DNA of 24,309 nt from Alphaproteobacteria bacterium. Lineage in GTDB: Bacteria > Pseudomonadota > Alphaproteobacteria > ATCC43930 > CGMCC-115725. The notes under the pieces were generated by a model, which ran no database searches, was not told the origin of the DNA, and saw only the letters and a list, made by a program, of their open reading frames with translations. Below are positions 7,721-17,044 of this stretch, in pieces. The translations under genes were made by a program, and so were the position numbers. The stretch spans positions 1 through 24,309 of the forward strand of contig JASHUW010000516.1 of NCBI GenBank assembly GCA_030039815.1, read 5' to 3'. Each line of letters opens with the position of its first letter. The first letter of the stretch is position 1.

Positions 7721-9343
7721 ATGCTACGCGGCTTGATGGGGGAGCAGGAACTCCTCGTATCGATGTGCATTCAGCACGCGGCGCGCAACCACGCTGACAC
7801 CGAAATCGTCAGCCGCACCCTGGATGGGCCGATCCATCGCTACACCTATGGCGATGCGGAGCGCCGCGCCCGGCGCCTCGCCAAGGCCCTGCTGCGTTTG
7901 GGCGTCGAGCCCGGTGACCGCGTCGCCACGATGGCGTGGAACACCTATCGGCATTTCGAGCTGTATCACGGTATCTCCGGCATCGGCGGAGTGTGCCACA
8001 CGATCAATCCGGTCCTTTCCGACGAGCAGCTGATCTACATCTTCAACCACGCCGACGACCGGTTCCTGTTTCTCGAAGCCACCTTCATCCCGCTGATCGA
8101 GCGGCTGCGCGCGCAGCTCCCGGCGGGCATGCAAATCATCCTTTTGAGCCCCGCCGAAACCACGCTGTCGGTGCTGGCACTTTATGAAGATCTTGTCGCC
8201 GCCGAGAACGAGGACTTCGACTGGCCGGCATTCGACGAGCGCAGTGCCTGTGCGCTCTGCTACACCTCGGGCACGACCGGCAAGCCCAAGGGCGTGCTCT
8301 ACAGCCACCGCTCGACGATGCTTCATGCCTTCGGCGCATCGCTTCCCGGGGCGATCGCGATGGGCGCGACCGATGTCGTGCTTCCGGTGGTGCCGATGTT
8401 CCATGTCTGCGGCTGGGCGACGCCCTACACCGCGCCGATGAACGGCGTGAAGCTGGTCTATCCCGGCCCGAAAACCGATGGCGCCAGTATCTATGAGCTG
8501 ATCGAGGGCGAAGGCGTGACGATCGGGCTCGGCGTGCCGACGGTGTGGCTCAACTTCAACAATTATCTGCGCGACAACAACCAAAACGTCACGTCGCTGC
8601 GCACCGTGCTGTCGGGCGGTACAGCGATTTCCAAGACCCTGCTGCAGGCTTACGAGGCGCGCGGGGTCACGATGGTGCATGCCTGGGGGATGACCGAGAT
8701 GAGCCCGCTCGGCACCATCGCGGCGCTCAAGCGCAAGCACTCGGCGCTCGGCAAAGAAGCGCAAACCGATGTCCGTTTGACCCAAGGCCGCGCCGTGTTC
8801 GGCGTCGAGATGAAGATCGTCAACGACGAAGGCGTCGAGCAGCCGCATGACGGTGAGACGATGGGTGAGCTCCTGGTGCGCGGGCCCTGGGTAGTGCGCG
8901 GCTACTACAACGACGAGGAAGCGACCAAGGCAGTGGTGGAGAAAGACGGCTGGTTTCACACCGGCGACGTCGCGAAGATCGACCCGGACGGCTATGTCAA
9001 GCTCACCGACCGGCGCAAGGACGTCATCAAGTCGGGCGGCGAATGGATCAGCTCGATCGACCTGGAAAACGCGGCGATGGCACATGAGGACGTGGCGGAA
9101 GCGGCGGTGATCGCCATCCCGCACCCGAAATGGGACGAACGGCCATTGCTGATCGTGACCGCGCGGCCCGGGCGCCAGCCAACGCGCGAGAGCCTCACCG
9201 CGCTGCTCGCCAAGCGTTTCCCGAAATGGATGCTACCCGACGACGTCATCGTGCTCGACGAGCTGCCGCATACCGGCACGGGGAAGGTCGTGAAGCTGAA
9301 ATTGCGCGAGATGTTCCGCGATTACATCGTGGCGGAGCGATGA
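7721..9343 (+). CDS. Medium/long-chain acyl-CoA ligase, DmdB/AlkK-like (3-(methylthio)propionyl-CoA ligase-like), 540 aa
   Basis: N-terminus MLRGLM...[14 protein letters not shown]...HRYTY is typical of this clade. ANL motifs [19 protein letters not shown] and [16 protein letters not shown]. Substrate cannot be assigned. Confidence 0.9.
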   Translation: MLRGLMGEQELLVSMCIQHAARNHADTEIVSRTLDGPIHRYTYGDAERRARRLAKALLRLGVEPGDRVATMAWNTYRHFELYHGISGIGGVCHTINPVLSDEQLIYIFNHADDRFLFLEATFIPLIERLRAQLPAGMQIILLSPAETTLSVLALYEDLVAAENEDFDWPAFDERSACALCYTSGTTGKPKGVLYSHRSTMLHAFGASLPGAIAMGATDVVLPVVPMFHVCGWATPYTAPMNGVKLVYPGPKTDGASIYELIEGEGVTIGLGVPTVWLNFNNYLRDNNQNVTSLRTVLSGGTAISKTLLQAYEARGVTMVHAWGMTEMSPLGTIAALKRKHSALGKEAQTDVRLTQGRAVFGVEMKIVNDEGVEQPHDGETMGELLVRGPWVVRGYYNDEEATKAVVEKDGWFHTGDVAKIDPDGYVKLTDRRKDVIKSGGEWISSIDLENAAMAHEDVAEAAVIAIPHPKWDERPLLIVTARPGRQPTRESLTALLAKRFPKWMLPDDVIVLDELPHTGTGKVVKLKLREMFRDYIVAER

Positions 9344-9364
9344 TCTCGGCACAATATTGACCGT

Positions 9365-10768
9365 ATGACCGTCACCGTTCGCTTTGCCCCCTCGCCGACC
9401 GGGTTCCTGCATATCGGCGGCGCCCGCACCGCGTTGTTCAACTGGCTGTTCGCGCGGCATCACAACGGCATTTTTCGCCTGCGCATCGAGGATACCGACC
9501 GCGAGCGTTCGACCAGAGCGGCCGAGGAGGCCATTATCGACGGCCTCAAATGGCTCGGCATCGAGTGGGATGGCGACGTCGTCTACCAGTTCTCGCGCGC
9601 CACGCATCACGCCGAGATCGCCCGCCAGCTGCTCGGGGCCGGCCGCGCCTATCGCTGCTATTGCACACCCGAAGAACTGGAGGCGATGCGCGCCAGGGCG
9701 CTCGCCGAGAAACGCTCGGTGCGCTACGACGGCACCTGGCGCGACCGCGACCCGTCGGAGGCCCCACCAGGAGTCGCGCCGGCGATCCGCCTCAGGGCCG
9801 AGCAGAGCGGCGCGACGACGATAAACGACCATGTGTTGGGCACGGTCACGGTCGGCAACGAAGAGCTCGACGATCTCATCATCCTGCGTTCGGACGGCAC
9901 GCCGACTTACAATTTCTCGGTCGTCGTCGACGATCACGACATGGACATCACCCATGTGATCCGCGGCAACGAGCATTTCCGCAATGCCTTCCGCCAGACG
10001 CAGATCTATCGCGCGCTTGGCTGGAAGGAGCCGGAATGGGCGCACATTCCGCTGATTCACGGCTCGGATGGCGCCAAGATGTCGAAGCGGCACGGCGCGC
10101 TCGGCATCGACGAATACCGCAAGATGGGCTACCTGCCCGAGGCGATCCGCAACTACCTCCTGCGCCTCGGCTGGAGCCACGGCGACGACGAGATCATCTC
10201 GACCGACCAGGCGATCGCGTGGTTCGACCTCGGCGGCATCCACAAGGCGCCGGCGCAGTTCGATTTCGCCAAGCTCGACAGCGTCAATGCGCACTACATC
10301 CGCGAGGCCGACGATGCGCGGCTCGTCGGCCTGGTTGTCGATCTTCTCGAAGCCGAATTCGGCCATAAGCTCTCTGATGGCGATCGCGACCGCCTGCGGC
10401 GGGCGATGCCGGGGTTGAAGCCGCGCGCGAAAACCATCGTCGAACTGGCCGAAAAGGCGCACTTCTACGTGGCACGACGGCCGATCCAGCCCGCCGCTGA
10501 CGCCGCCAGGCAACTGACCGCCGAGGCGCGCGCGCTGCTCGGCGCGCTGTCCGCGGAGATCGGAGCGGCCGACTGGCAGACCACAGCGCTCGAAGCACGG
10601 GTACGGGACTTCGTCGAGGCGAAGGGCGTCAAGCTCGGCGCGGTCGCGCAGCCGCTGCGTGCGGCACTGACCGGCTCGCTGGCCTCTCCCGGCATCTTCG
10701 AGGTCATGGAAGTGCTGGGTCGCGACGAGACCGTTGGGCGCATCGAGGATGCTGCGGAATCGAGATGA
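9365..10768 (+). CDS. gltX: Glutamate--tRNA ligase, 467 aa
   Basis: [17 protein letters not shown] (HIGH), LRIEDTD, CYC, KMSKR (KMSKS), C-terminal QPLRAALTG anticodon domain. Confidence 0.97.
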   Translation: MTVTVRFAPSPTGFLHIGGARTALFNWLFARHHNGIFRLRIEDTDRERSTRAAEEAIIDGLKWLGIEWDGDVVYQFSRATHHAEIARQLLGAGRAYRCYCTPEELEAMRARALAEKRSVRYDGTWRDRDPSEAPPGVAPAIRLRAEQSGATTINDHVLGTVTVGNEELDDLIILRSDGTPTYNFSVVVDDHDMDITHVIRGNEHFRNAFRQTQIYRALGWKEPEWAHIPLIHGSDGAKMSKRHGALGIDEYRKMGYLPEAIRNYLLRLGWSHGDDEIISTDQAIAWFDLGGIHKAPAQFDFAKLDSVNAHYIREADDARLVGLVVDLLEAEFGHKLSDGDRDRLRRAMPGLKPRAKTIVELAEKAHFYVARRPIQPAADAARQLTAEARALLGALSAEIGAADWQTTALEARVRDFVEAKGVKLGAVAQPLRAALTGSLASPGIFEVMEVLGRDETVGRIEDAAESR

Positions 10769-10781
10769 TCTCGCAGGTGCG

Positions 10782-10817
10782 ATATTGCGTTGCAATATTG
10801 TGGCGCCATTTGATAAT
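10782..10817 (+). promoter_or_regulatory. Candidate gltA promoter with an overlapping palindromic operator
   Basis: TTGCAA (10790-10795), 16-nt spacer, GATAAT (10812-10817). A perfect inverted repeat ATATTGC-GTT-GCAATAT (10782-10798) covers the -35. Confidence 0.5.
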
Positions 10818-10888
10818 GACCCGCTAGCGGCTTATTCTTCGGCTAGGGGCTGACAACTGCCTGCGGGCAAAGCAAGCGAGGTGCATCC

Positions 10889-12211
10889 ATGGACGGCAAC
10901 AACACAAAGGTGGGCGCTCCGAGCGGGACAATGACCCTGACCGATAACAGCACCGGCAAGTCGTGGGATTTTCCGGTTCTCGAAGGTTCGGTCGGCCCGA
11001 GGGTCATGGATGTTCGCAGCCTCTATGCGAAAACCGGGATGTTCACCTATGACCCGGGCTTCATGGCGACCGCGGCGTGTCGCTCGAGCATCACCTATAT
11101 CGACGGGGATCAGGGCATCCTCATGTATCGGGGCTACCCGATCCAAGAGCTGGCGGCGAAAAGCGACTTCCTGGAAGTCGCTTATTTGTTGCTGAACGGC
11201 GAGTTGCCCAACCCCGAGCAGAAGAAGCAGTTTGTCTCCGACATCACGCACCACACGATGGTGCACGAGCAGATCACCACTTTCTTCCGCGGCTTCCGTC
11301 GCGATGCACACCCGATGGCCGTGCTATGCGGCGTGGTCGGCGCGCTATCGGCCTTCTATCACGATTCGACCGACATCAATGACCCGTACCAGCGGATGGT
11401 CGCCTCGCATCGGCTGATCGCCAAGCTGCCGACGATCGGCGCGATGGCCTACAAATACGCGCACGGTCAGCCGTTCATGTATCCGAAGAACTCGCTGAGC
11501 TACGCCGAGAACTTCCTCTACATGACCTTCGGCGTCCCCTGCGAGGAGTACGTGGTCAGCCCGACCCTCGCGAAGGCGATGGATCTGATCTTCATCCTCC
11601 ACGCCGATCATGAGCAGAACGCCTCGACCGCGACCGTACGCAACGCCGGCTCGTCGGGCGCGAACCCATTCGCCTGCATCGCCGCCGGCATCGCCTCGCT
11701 GTGGGGCCCGGCGCATGGCGGCGCCAACGAGGCGGTGCTGAAGATGCTCGCCCGGATCGGCGACAAGAAGAACATCCCGGACTTTATCAAGCACGTCAAA
11801 GACAAGAACGAGCACGAAATCCAGTACGGCTTTGGCCACCGCGTCTACAAGAACTACGACCCGCGGGCCAAGGTCATGCGCGAGACCTGCCACAAGGTGC
11901 TCGGCGAGCTCGGCATCCACGACCCGTTGCTCGACCTGGCGATGGAGCTCGAAAAGATTTCGCTCAGCGACGATTACTTTATCAGCCGGAAGCTCTACCC
12001 GAACGTCGATTTCTATTCCGGCATCATATTGAAGGCGATGGGCTTCCCGACCTCAATGTTCACGGTGCTGTTCGCCATCGCCCGCACCGTCGGCTGGATC
12101 GCGCAGTGGACCGAGATGATCGAAGACCCAGACTCGAAAATCATGCGTCCGCGCCAACTCTTCACCGGCTCCGACGAGCGCCACTACGTCGATATCGGCG
12201 AGCGGCACTGA
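10889..12211 (+). CDS. gltA: Citrate synthase (type II, hexameric family), 440 aa
   Basis: [63 protein letters not shown] and RPRQL; all catalytic His/His/Asp are present. Confidence 0.97.
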   Translation: MDGNNTKVGAPSGTMTLTDNSTGKSWDFPVLEGSVGPRVMDVRSLYAKTGMFTYDPGFMATAACRSSITYIDGDQGILMYRGYPIQELAAKSDFLEVAYLLLNGELPNPEQKKQFVSDITHHTMVHEQITTFFRGFRRDAHPMAVLCGVVGALSAFYHDSTDINDPYQRMVASHRLIAKLPTIGAMAYKYAHGQPFMYPKNSLSYAENFLYMTFGVPCEEYVVSPTLAKAMDLIFILHADHEQNASTATVRNAGSSGANPFACIAAGIASLWGPAHGGANEAVLKMLARIGDKKNIPDFIKHVKDKNEHEIQYGFGHRVYKNYDPRAKVMRETCHKVLGELGIHDPLLDLAMELEKISLSDDYFISRKLYPNVDFYSGIILKAMGFPTSMFTVLFAIARTVGWIAQWTEMIEDPDSKIMRPRQLFTGSDERHYVDIGERH

Positions 12212-12225
12212 CTCCGCCTACTCCT

Positions 12226-12251
12226 CCCTCTCCCCGCCCGCGGGGAGAGGG
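12226..12251. repeat. REP-like GC-rich hairpin (CCCTCTCCC...GGGAGAGGG family) between convergent gltA and gloA; likely bidirectional terminator
   Basis: CCCTCTCCCCGC-CC-GCGGGGAGAGGG is a perfect 12-bp inverted repeat in the 48-nt gap. No U-tract. Confidence 0.75.
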
Positions 12252-12259
12252 GTAAATAG

Positions 12260-12664
12260 CTACTTCCGCTCAACCAGCTCGATCTTGTAGCCGTCCGGGT
12301 CCTCGATAAAGGCGATCACCGAGCCGCCATGCGCCATCGGGCCGGCCGGGCGCGGGATTTTGACCCCGGCCTTCGCCAGCCGCTCACACGTCGCGTAGAC
12401 ATCCGGCACGCCGACCGCCAGATGGCCGAAGCCGGTGCCGAGCGAATAGGGTTCGGCCTGATCCCAGTTGTGCGTCAGCTCGACCACGGTGTTGTGCTCT
12501 TCATCGCCGTAGCCGACAAAGGCCAGCGTGAACTTGCCGGTCGGGTAGTCGCGCTTGCGGATCAGGTTCATGCCGAGTTCCTCGGTGTAGAACTTGAGCG
12601 ACTTGTCGAGGTCCTTGACGCGGATCATCGTGTGCAGAAAGCGGAATTTCTCGATAGCGGGCAT
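12260..12664 (-). CDS. gloA: Lactoylglutathione lyase (glyoxalase I, short Ni/Co-type), 134 aa
   Basis: FLHTMIRVKDLDKSLKFY, FTLAFVGYG, ELTHNW, GFGHLA, FIEDPDGYKIELVE. AAGGAG SD before ATG 12664. Confidence 0.95.
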   Translation of the reverse strand: MPAIEKFRFLHTMIRVKDLDKSLKFYTEELGMNLIRKRDYPTGKFTLAFVGYGDEEHNTVVELTHNWDQAEPYSLGTGFGHLAVGVPDVYATCERLAKAGVKIPRPAGPMAHGGSVIAFIEDPDGYKIELVERK

Positions 12665-12681
12665 CGCGAGCTTCTCCTTTT

Positions 12682-13869
12682 CTAGCGGGTCTGTTGCTGC
12701 CGGTGCGCGGCGATGATCGCCAAAATCTGGTCGGCGGCCTTGAGACTTGGCGACAGATCGCCGGCACCCAAGAGCCGCATCGCCGCATCGTATCCCTCCC
12801 GATGCGCGGCACGAACCCGTTCGTCCCGGATCAGCTCGATGAGGGTTGCGGCGAGCCTCGCGGGCGTGCACCGCGGACCTAAATGCTCGGCGACGAGCGA
12901 GCGGCCGAGGATGAGGTTGACCAGGTTCACCTGCCGCACCTTGATGACGCGGTCGAGCAGGATTTCGGTCGGGCGGCTCAGGCGATAGCCCACGGTCATC
13001 GGCAATCCGGCCATCGCCAGCTCCAGCGCGACCGTGCCCGACGCGGCAAGCGCCGCGCGACTCGCGGCAAAGGCATCGTATTTCGCGGCGTCGCCGCGCA
13101 GCACGATCGATTCGCCGGGCCAGTCGCGCACCGCTTCGGCGACGGTCTCGGCGACGGTCTCGACCGTCGGCACCGCGACCCGGAACGAGCCCACCGCAGC
13201 CTCTGTCAGGCGCAATGCCTCGCCGAAAATCGGGATCAGCCGCCGGACCTCGCCGCCACGGCTCCCCGGCAGCACTGTCAGCACCATTTCATCCGGCCCG
13301 ATGCCATGGGTCGCGCGGAAGCGCACGCCATCGCCCTGCCCCGCGCCGCTGTCGATGACCGGGTGGCCGACATAGGTGCAGGCCAGTCCGACCTCGCGGA
13401 AATAGAGCGGCTCGAACGGAAGCAGCGCCAAGAGGTGGTCGTACCAGCGCGCCATTCGCCGCGCCCGCCCGGCGCGCCATGCCCACACCATCGGCGCGAC
13501 ATAGTGAATGAGCGGCAACCGTTCCCCGCGGCGCCGCAGCCGCTGCGCGATGCGCCAGCTGAAGCCCGATGAATCGATCGTCACGACAGCATCCGGTTGC
13601 GCTGCCTGGATCGCGGCGACCGCATTGCGCACGTGGCGGAAAATGACCGGCGCGCGCGGCACCACCTCAGCGACGCCGGCGATCGCCAGATCTGATAGCG
13701 GCGCGAGGCTGTCGATGCCTTGCGCACGCATGTGCTCTCCGCCGATTCCGGCAAGCTTGAGCCGGTCACCGAGACGTTGACGCAATGCGGCGATCAGCGC
13801 ACCGCCCAACGCATCACCCGAAGGCTCGCCGGTGATGATGAAAATGAACAGAGGACGATTAGTCGCCAC
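12682..13869 (-). CDS. lpxB: Lipid-A-disaccharide synthase, 395 aa
   Basis: GEPSGDALG, IDSSGF, HYVAPMVWAWR, LLPFE, VGHP, LPGSR, ASGTVALE; GTG start 1 nt after the lpxI stop. Confidence 0.96.
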   Translation of the reverse strand: MATNRPLFIFIITGEPSGDALGGALIAALRQRLGDRLKLAGIGGEHMRAQGIDSLAPLSDLAIAGVAEVVPRAPVIFRHVRNAVAAIQAAQPDAVVTIDSSGFSWRIAQRLRRRGERLPLIHYVAPMVWAWRAGRARRMARWYDHLLALLPFEPLYFREVGLACTYVGHPVIDSGAGQGDGVRFRATHGIGPDEMVLTVLPGSRGGEVRRLIPIFGEALRLTEAAVGSFRVAVPTVETVAETVAEAVRDWPGESIVLRGDAAKYDAFAASRAALAASGTVALELAMAGLPMTVGYRLSRPTEILLDRVIKVRQVNLVNLILGRSLVAEHLGPRCTPARLAATLIELIRDERVRAAHREGYDAAMRLLGAGDLSPSLKAADQILAIIAAHRQQQTR

Positions 13870-13870
13870 G

Positions 13871-14719
13871 TCAGGACACGCGGATGCCGATCACGAAAAG
13901 CCCGGCCGCGTCAGCCTCACGAATAACCCGGCTGCGGTCGATCATCAGCGTCGAACCGGCTTCGACCGCGATCCCCGCGAGCCCGGCCTCGGCCGCTAGG
14001 CGAACGGTTTGCGGTCCGACCGTCGGACGGTCGATGCGGGTCTCCTGCCCCGGCTTCTCGATCTTGACCAACACGCCGCCCGGCCCTTCGCGGCGCAACC
14101 CAGTGCAGCGGCGCAACAGCGCATCGGTGCCTTCGATCGCCTCCACACCGAGCACCAGCCCCTGCTGCACCACGACCGCCTGGCCGACATCCAGCGCCCC
14201 GATTGCGCGCGCGATTTCGACGCCGCGGGTGATGTCGGCCACAGCCTCCGAGCTCGGCTTCAGCCGGCCGAGCGGCCCTTCGGGTACCGAGGCACGCTCA
14301 TCGAGTAACTCGTGCGCACCGACGAGATGAAATCCCTCGATCTCGAGCTCTTTGGCGATCGCCGACAGCAAGCCATCGTCGCCCAACAGGCGATAGCCCA
14401 CCTTGGCAAAGAATTTCGCGGCCCGCCAATCCGGCCGGATCGCGCCGAGACTCGGGCGCCGCACGCCGCCGGCGATCACCAGATCGCTGACGCGGTTGTC
14501 TCGTAACAGCTTAAGGCCCTTCGCCGCGGCACCAATCCGGCACCACGCATGCGATACGTTCGCGACCGTCTCGGGCTCCGCCTCCCCCTCCAGCGCCAGC
14601 ACGAACACGGCGCGCCCCGTTGCTCGACAGCTTTCGATAAGACGGCGCGGCAACTCGCCACCGCCGGCGATAATCCCCAAGGGAGCGGCAGGAATTGGGG
14701 CTCCTGAACTATCCGCCAT
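13871..14719 (-). CDS. lpxI: UDP-2,3-diacylglucosamine diphosphatase LpxI, about 282 aa
   Basis: LGIIAGGGELP, GDDGLL, DVGQAVVV, VEAIEGTD, KPGQ..RID.PTVG; sits between lpxA and lpxB. Start is inferred at ATG 14719, overlapping the lpxA stop. Confidence 0.93.
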   Translation of the reverse strand: MADSSGAPIPAAPLGIIAGGGELPRRLIESCRATGRAVFVLALEGEAEPETVANVSHAWCRIGAAAKGLKLLRDNRVSDLVIAGGVRRPSLGAIRPDWRAAKFFAKVGYRLLGDDGLLSAIAKELEIEGFHLVGAHELLDERASVPEGPLGRLKPSSEAVADITRGVEIARAIGALDVGQAVVVQQGLVLGVEAIEGTDALLRRCTGLRREGPGGVLVKIEKPGQETRIDRPTVGPQTVRLAAEAGLAGIAVEAGSTLMIDRSRVIREADAAGLFVIGIRVS

Positions 14720-15509
14720 TCGCCCCCTTCGGCTGGCAGATTGCCCGGCTCGAGTCAGCGCGGATGAATGCGACCAGATCGTCAACTGGGCGAATGCCGC
14801 CAAAGCGTCGCGCGACCTCCTCGACCCGCTCACTGAGCGTGCCGGTATCGCCGAACAGACAGTTGTAAGCGCTGCGCAGGCTCTGGATGTCGTCGCGGCT
14901 GAAACCGCGGCGCTGCATTCCAATGATGTTGAGACCGTGCAGCCGTGCGCGGTCACCCATCACCTGACCGTAGGGAATGACGTCGCGCTCGACCCCGGAC
15001 ATGCCGCCGATCATCGCGTGCCGTCCGATCCGCACAAACTGATGCACGGCGGAGAGACCACCGAGCAGCGCGTGATCCTCGACGACCACATGCCCGGCAA
15101 GGGTCGCATTGTTCGCCATGATCACGTAATTGCCGATCTGGCAATCATGCGCGACATGCGCGCCGACCATGAAGAGGCAGTGGTCGCCAATCCGCGTCAC
15201 CATGCCACCGCCAGCCGTGCCGGGGTTCATCGTCACATGTTCGCGGATCGTGTTGTCGGCGCCGATTTCGAGCGACGACGCCTCGCCATCGTATTTCAGA
15301 TCCTGCGGCTCATGCCCGATCGAGGCGAACGGGAAAATCCGCGTGCGTTCGCCGATCGTCGTGCGGCCATCGACCACGACATGAGATATGAGCCTCACCC
15401 CGCCGGCGAGCACGACGCATTCGCCAACGACGCAATACGGCCCGATGACAACGTCGTCCGCGAGCCGGGCGCCGTGAGCTACGATCGCGGTGGGGTGAAT
15501 TTGCGCCAT
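14709..15509 (-). CDS. lpxA: Acyl-ACP--UDP-N-acetylglucosamine O-acyltransferase, 266 aa
   Basis: IHPTAIV, hexapeptide repeats, PQDLKY, IREHVT, HVAHDC, LAGHV, VHQF, GLNIIGMQRRGF. Confidence 0.97.
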   Translation of the reverse strand: MAQIHPTAIVAHGARLADDVVIGPYCVVGECVVLAGGVRLISHVVVDGRTTIGERTRIFPFASIGHEPQDLKYDGEASSLEIGADNTIREHVTMNPGTAGGGMVTRIGDHCLFMVGAHVAHDCQIGNYVIMANNATLAGHVVVEDHALLGGLSAVHQFVRIGRHAMIGGMSGVERDVIPYGQVMGDRARLHGLNIIGMQRRGFSRDDIQSLRSAYNCLFGDTGTLSERVEEVARRFGGIRPVDDLVAFIRADSSRAICQPKGANGG

Positions 15510-15519
15510 CGCCGCGGCC

Positions 15520-15993
15520 CTATTTATCCATGATCATGGCGGCGAATTCCGCCTCGGCGCAAACCTGGTCACCCACCTTGGCCTCGCCGACAAATCGCCA
15601 GAACCGCCCGCGGTTCTTGCCATCCTTCGCGACATGCACGCTCAGCACGTCTCCCGGTACGACGGTATGCTTGAACTTCGCGCTGTAAATGTTCGTGAAG
15701 TAGACGAGCTTGTCTTCCCATTCCGGCCCCAGCGTATGCACTACGAGCACCGCCGCGGTTTGGGCCATCGCCTCGATGATCAATACGCCCGGCATCACCG
15801 GGCGAGTCGGGAAATGGCCCTTGAAGTAATATTCGTCCGGCGACACGTTCTTGATGCCGGTGGCGCGTTCATTCGTGACGACATCGACAACCTTGTCGAT
15901 CATCAGAAACGGGTCGCGATGCGGGATCATCTGCATGATCCGCTCGCGGCCGATTTCGATGGCTTTGCCCGTTATTGCCGCCGACCCGCTCAT
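15520..15993 (-). CDS. fabZ: 3-hydroxyacyl-ACP dehydratase FabZ, 157 aa
   Basis: [37 protein letters not shown]; ATGA overlap with lpxD. Confidence 0.96.
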   Translation of the reverse strand: MSGSAAITGKAIEIGRERIMQMIPHRDPFLMIDKVVDVVTNERATGIKNVSPDEYYFKGHFPTRPVMPGVLIIEAMAQTAAVLVVHTLGPEWEDKLVYFTNIYSAKFKHTVVPGDVLSVHVAKDGKNRGRFWRFVGEAKVGDQVCAEAEFAAMIMDK

Positions 15994-17015
15994 CCGCCAT
16001 CCTTCTTCCTGGCGAGACGCTGCATCATGGCGACCTGTCGCCAGAAAGCAATCGCCGGAACCGCCGGCGTACCGACAACGGTTTCACCCGCCGCGACGTC
16101 CTTCATCAGGCCCGCTTGCGCCGCGATCCTGGCGCCCGCACCGATATTCAAATGCCCTGCCAAGCCCGCCTGGCCACCTGCCATCACGTAATCACCGAGC
16201 TTGGTGCTGCCGGAGATGCCGACCTGGCCGGCGAGGATGCAGCCGCGCCCAAGCACGACATTGTGGGCGATCTGCACCAGATTATCGATCATGGTGCCCG
16301 GCCCAATCACCGTGTCATGCCCCGAGCCGCGATCGATGGTTGTGTTGGCGCCGATATCAACATCGTCGCCGATGATGACCCGCCCCAGTTGCGGGATTTT
16401 GACCGGGCCGGCCGCATCGGGCGCAAAGCCGAACCCGGCCTGGCCGATCCGGACTCCGGGGTGCAACACGACGCGGGCGCCGATAAGGCAATGGCTAAGC
16501 GTCACATTGGCGGCGATGACGCAATCGGCGCCCAGTTCAACGCCCGGCCCGATCACGCTGTTCGGCCCCACCTGGCAGCGCGCACCCAGCCGCGCGCCGG
16601 CCTCGATGACGACATTGGCGCCGATCGCGCAGTTGTCCGGGACGGTGGCCGTCGGGTCGACGACCGCGCTCGGAGCACGACCCGGCATGACCGGCGACTG
16701 CGGATAAAACGCCTGCGCCGCGCGCGCGAACGCCTTATAGGGCTCGCGCGAAATCAACAGCGCCATGCCGGCGGGAGCGCGCGACGCCAGGGTCTCGGCG
16801 ATGAAGGCAGCGCCGGCGCGGGATTTCATGAACGCATCGGTATACTTGCGGTTGTCGAGAAAGGTTGCGTCGGCGGGGCCGGCGGTTTCGAGCGGCGCGA
16901 CATCCTCGATGAGCCGGTCAGCGGTTGACGGATCGACTAAGCGGGCCCCCGTCAGCGCCGCCAGCGCGCCAAGCGAATGGGGCCCAGCACGCCGGAAGAA
17001 ACGGGTATCTGTCAT
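15990..17015 (-). CDS. lpxD: UDP-3-O-(3-hydroxyacyl)glucosamine N-acyltransferase, 341 aa
   Basis: ATFLDNRKY uridine-binding domain, hexapeptide repeats, [33 protein letters not shown]. Confidence 0.97.
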   Translation of the reverse strand: MTDTRFFRRAGPHSLGALAALTGARLVDPSTADRLIEDVAPLETAGPADATFLDNRKYTDAFMKSRAGAAFIAETLASRAPAGMALLISREPYKAFARAAQAFYPQSPVMPGRAPSAVVDPTATVPDNCAIGANVVIEAGARLGARCQVGPNSVIGPGVELGADCVIAANVTLSHCLIGARVVLHPGVRIGQAGFGFAPDAAGPVKIPQLGRVIIGDDVDIGANTTIDRGSGHDTVIGPGTMIDNLVQIAHNVVLGRGCILAGQVGISGSTKLGDYVMAGGQAGLAGHLNIGAGARIAAQAGLMKDVAAGETVVGTPAVPAIAFWRQVAMMQRLARKKDGG

Positions 17016-17044
17016 CGGACGCGCCGCGGACCCGCGTCGCGACG

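Noticed and set aside
9233-10795. 520-aa antisense ORF in codon register with gltX (tempting as a sense/antisense synthetase pair)
   Set aside because: No motifs. In-register antisense ORFs are an expected by-product of high GC3 codon bias, and equivalents shadow most genes here (7724-9124, 2567-3697, 18009-19268, 22402-23814).
13871-14719. LpxI instead of LpxH as a novelty
   Set aside because: This is the standard arrangement in Alphaproteobacteria.
13871-14956. 361-aa LpxI, 203-aa GloA and 346-aa nucleoside hydrolase as apparent fusions or extensions
   Set aside because: The extra N-terminal parts overlap upstream genes or promoters in another frame. Internal ATGs give normal family lengths.
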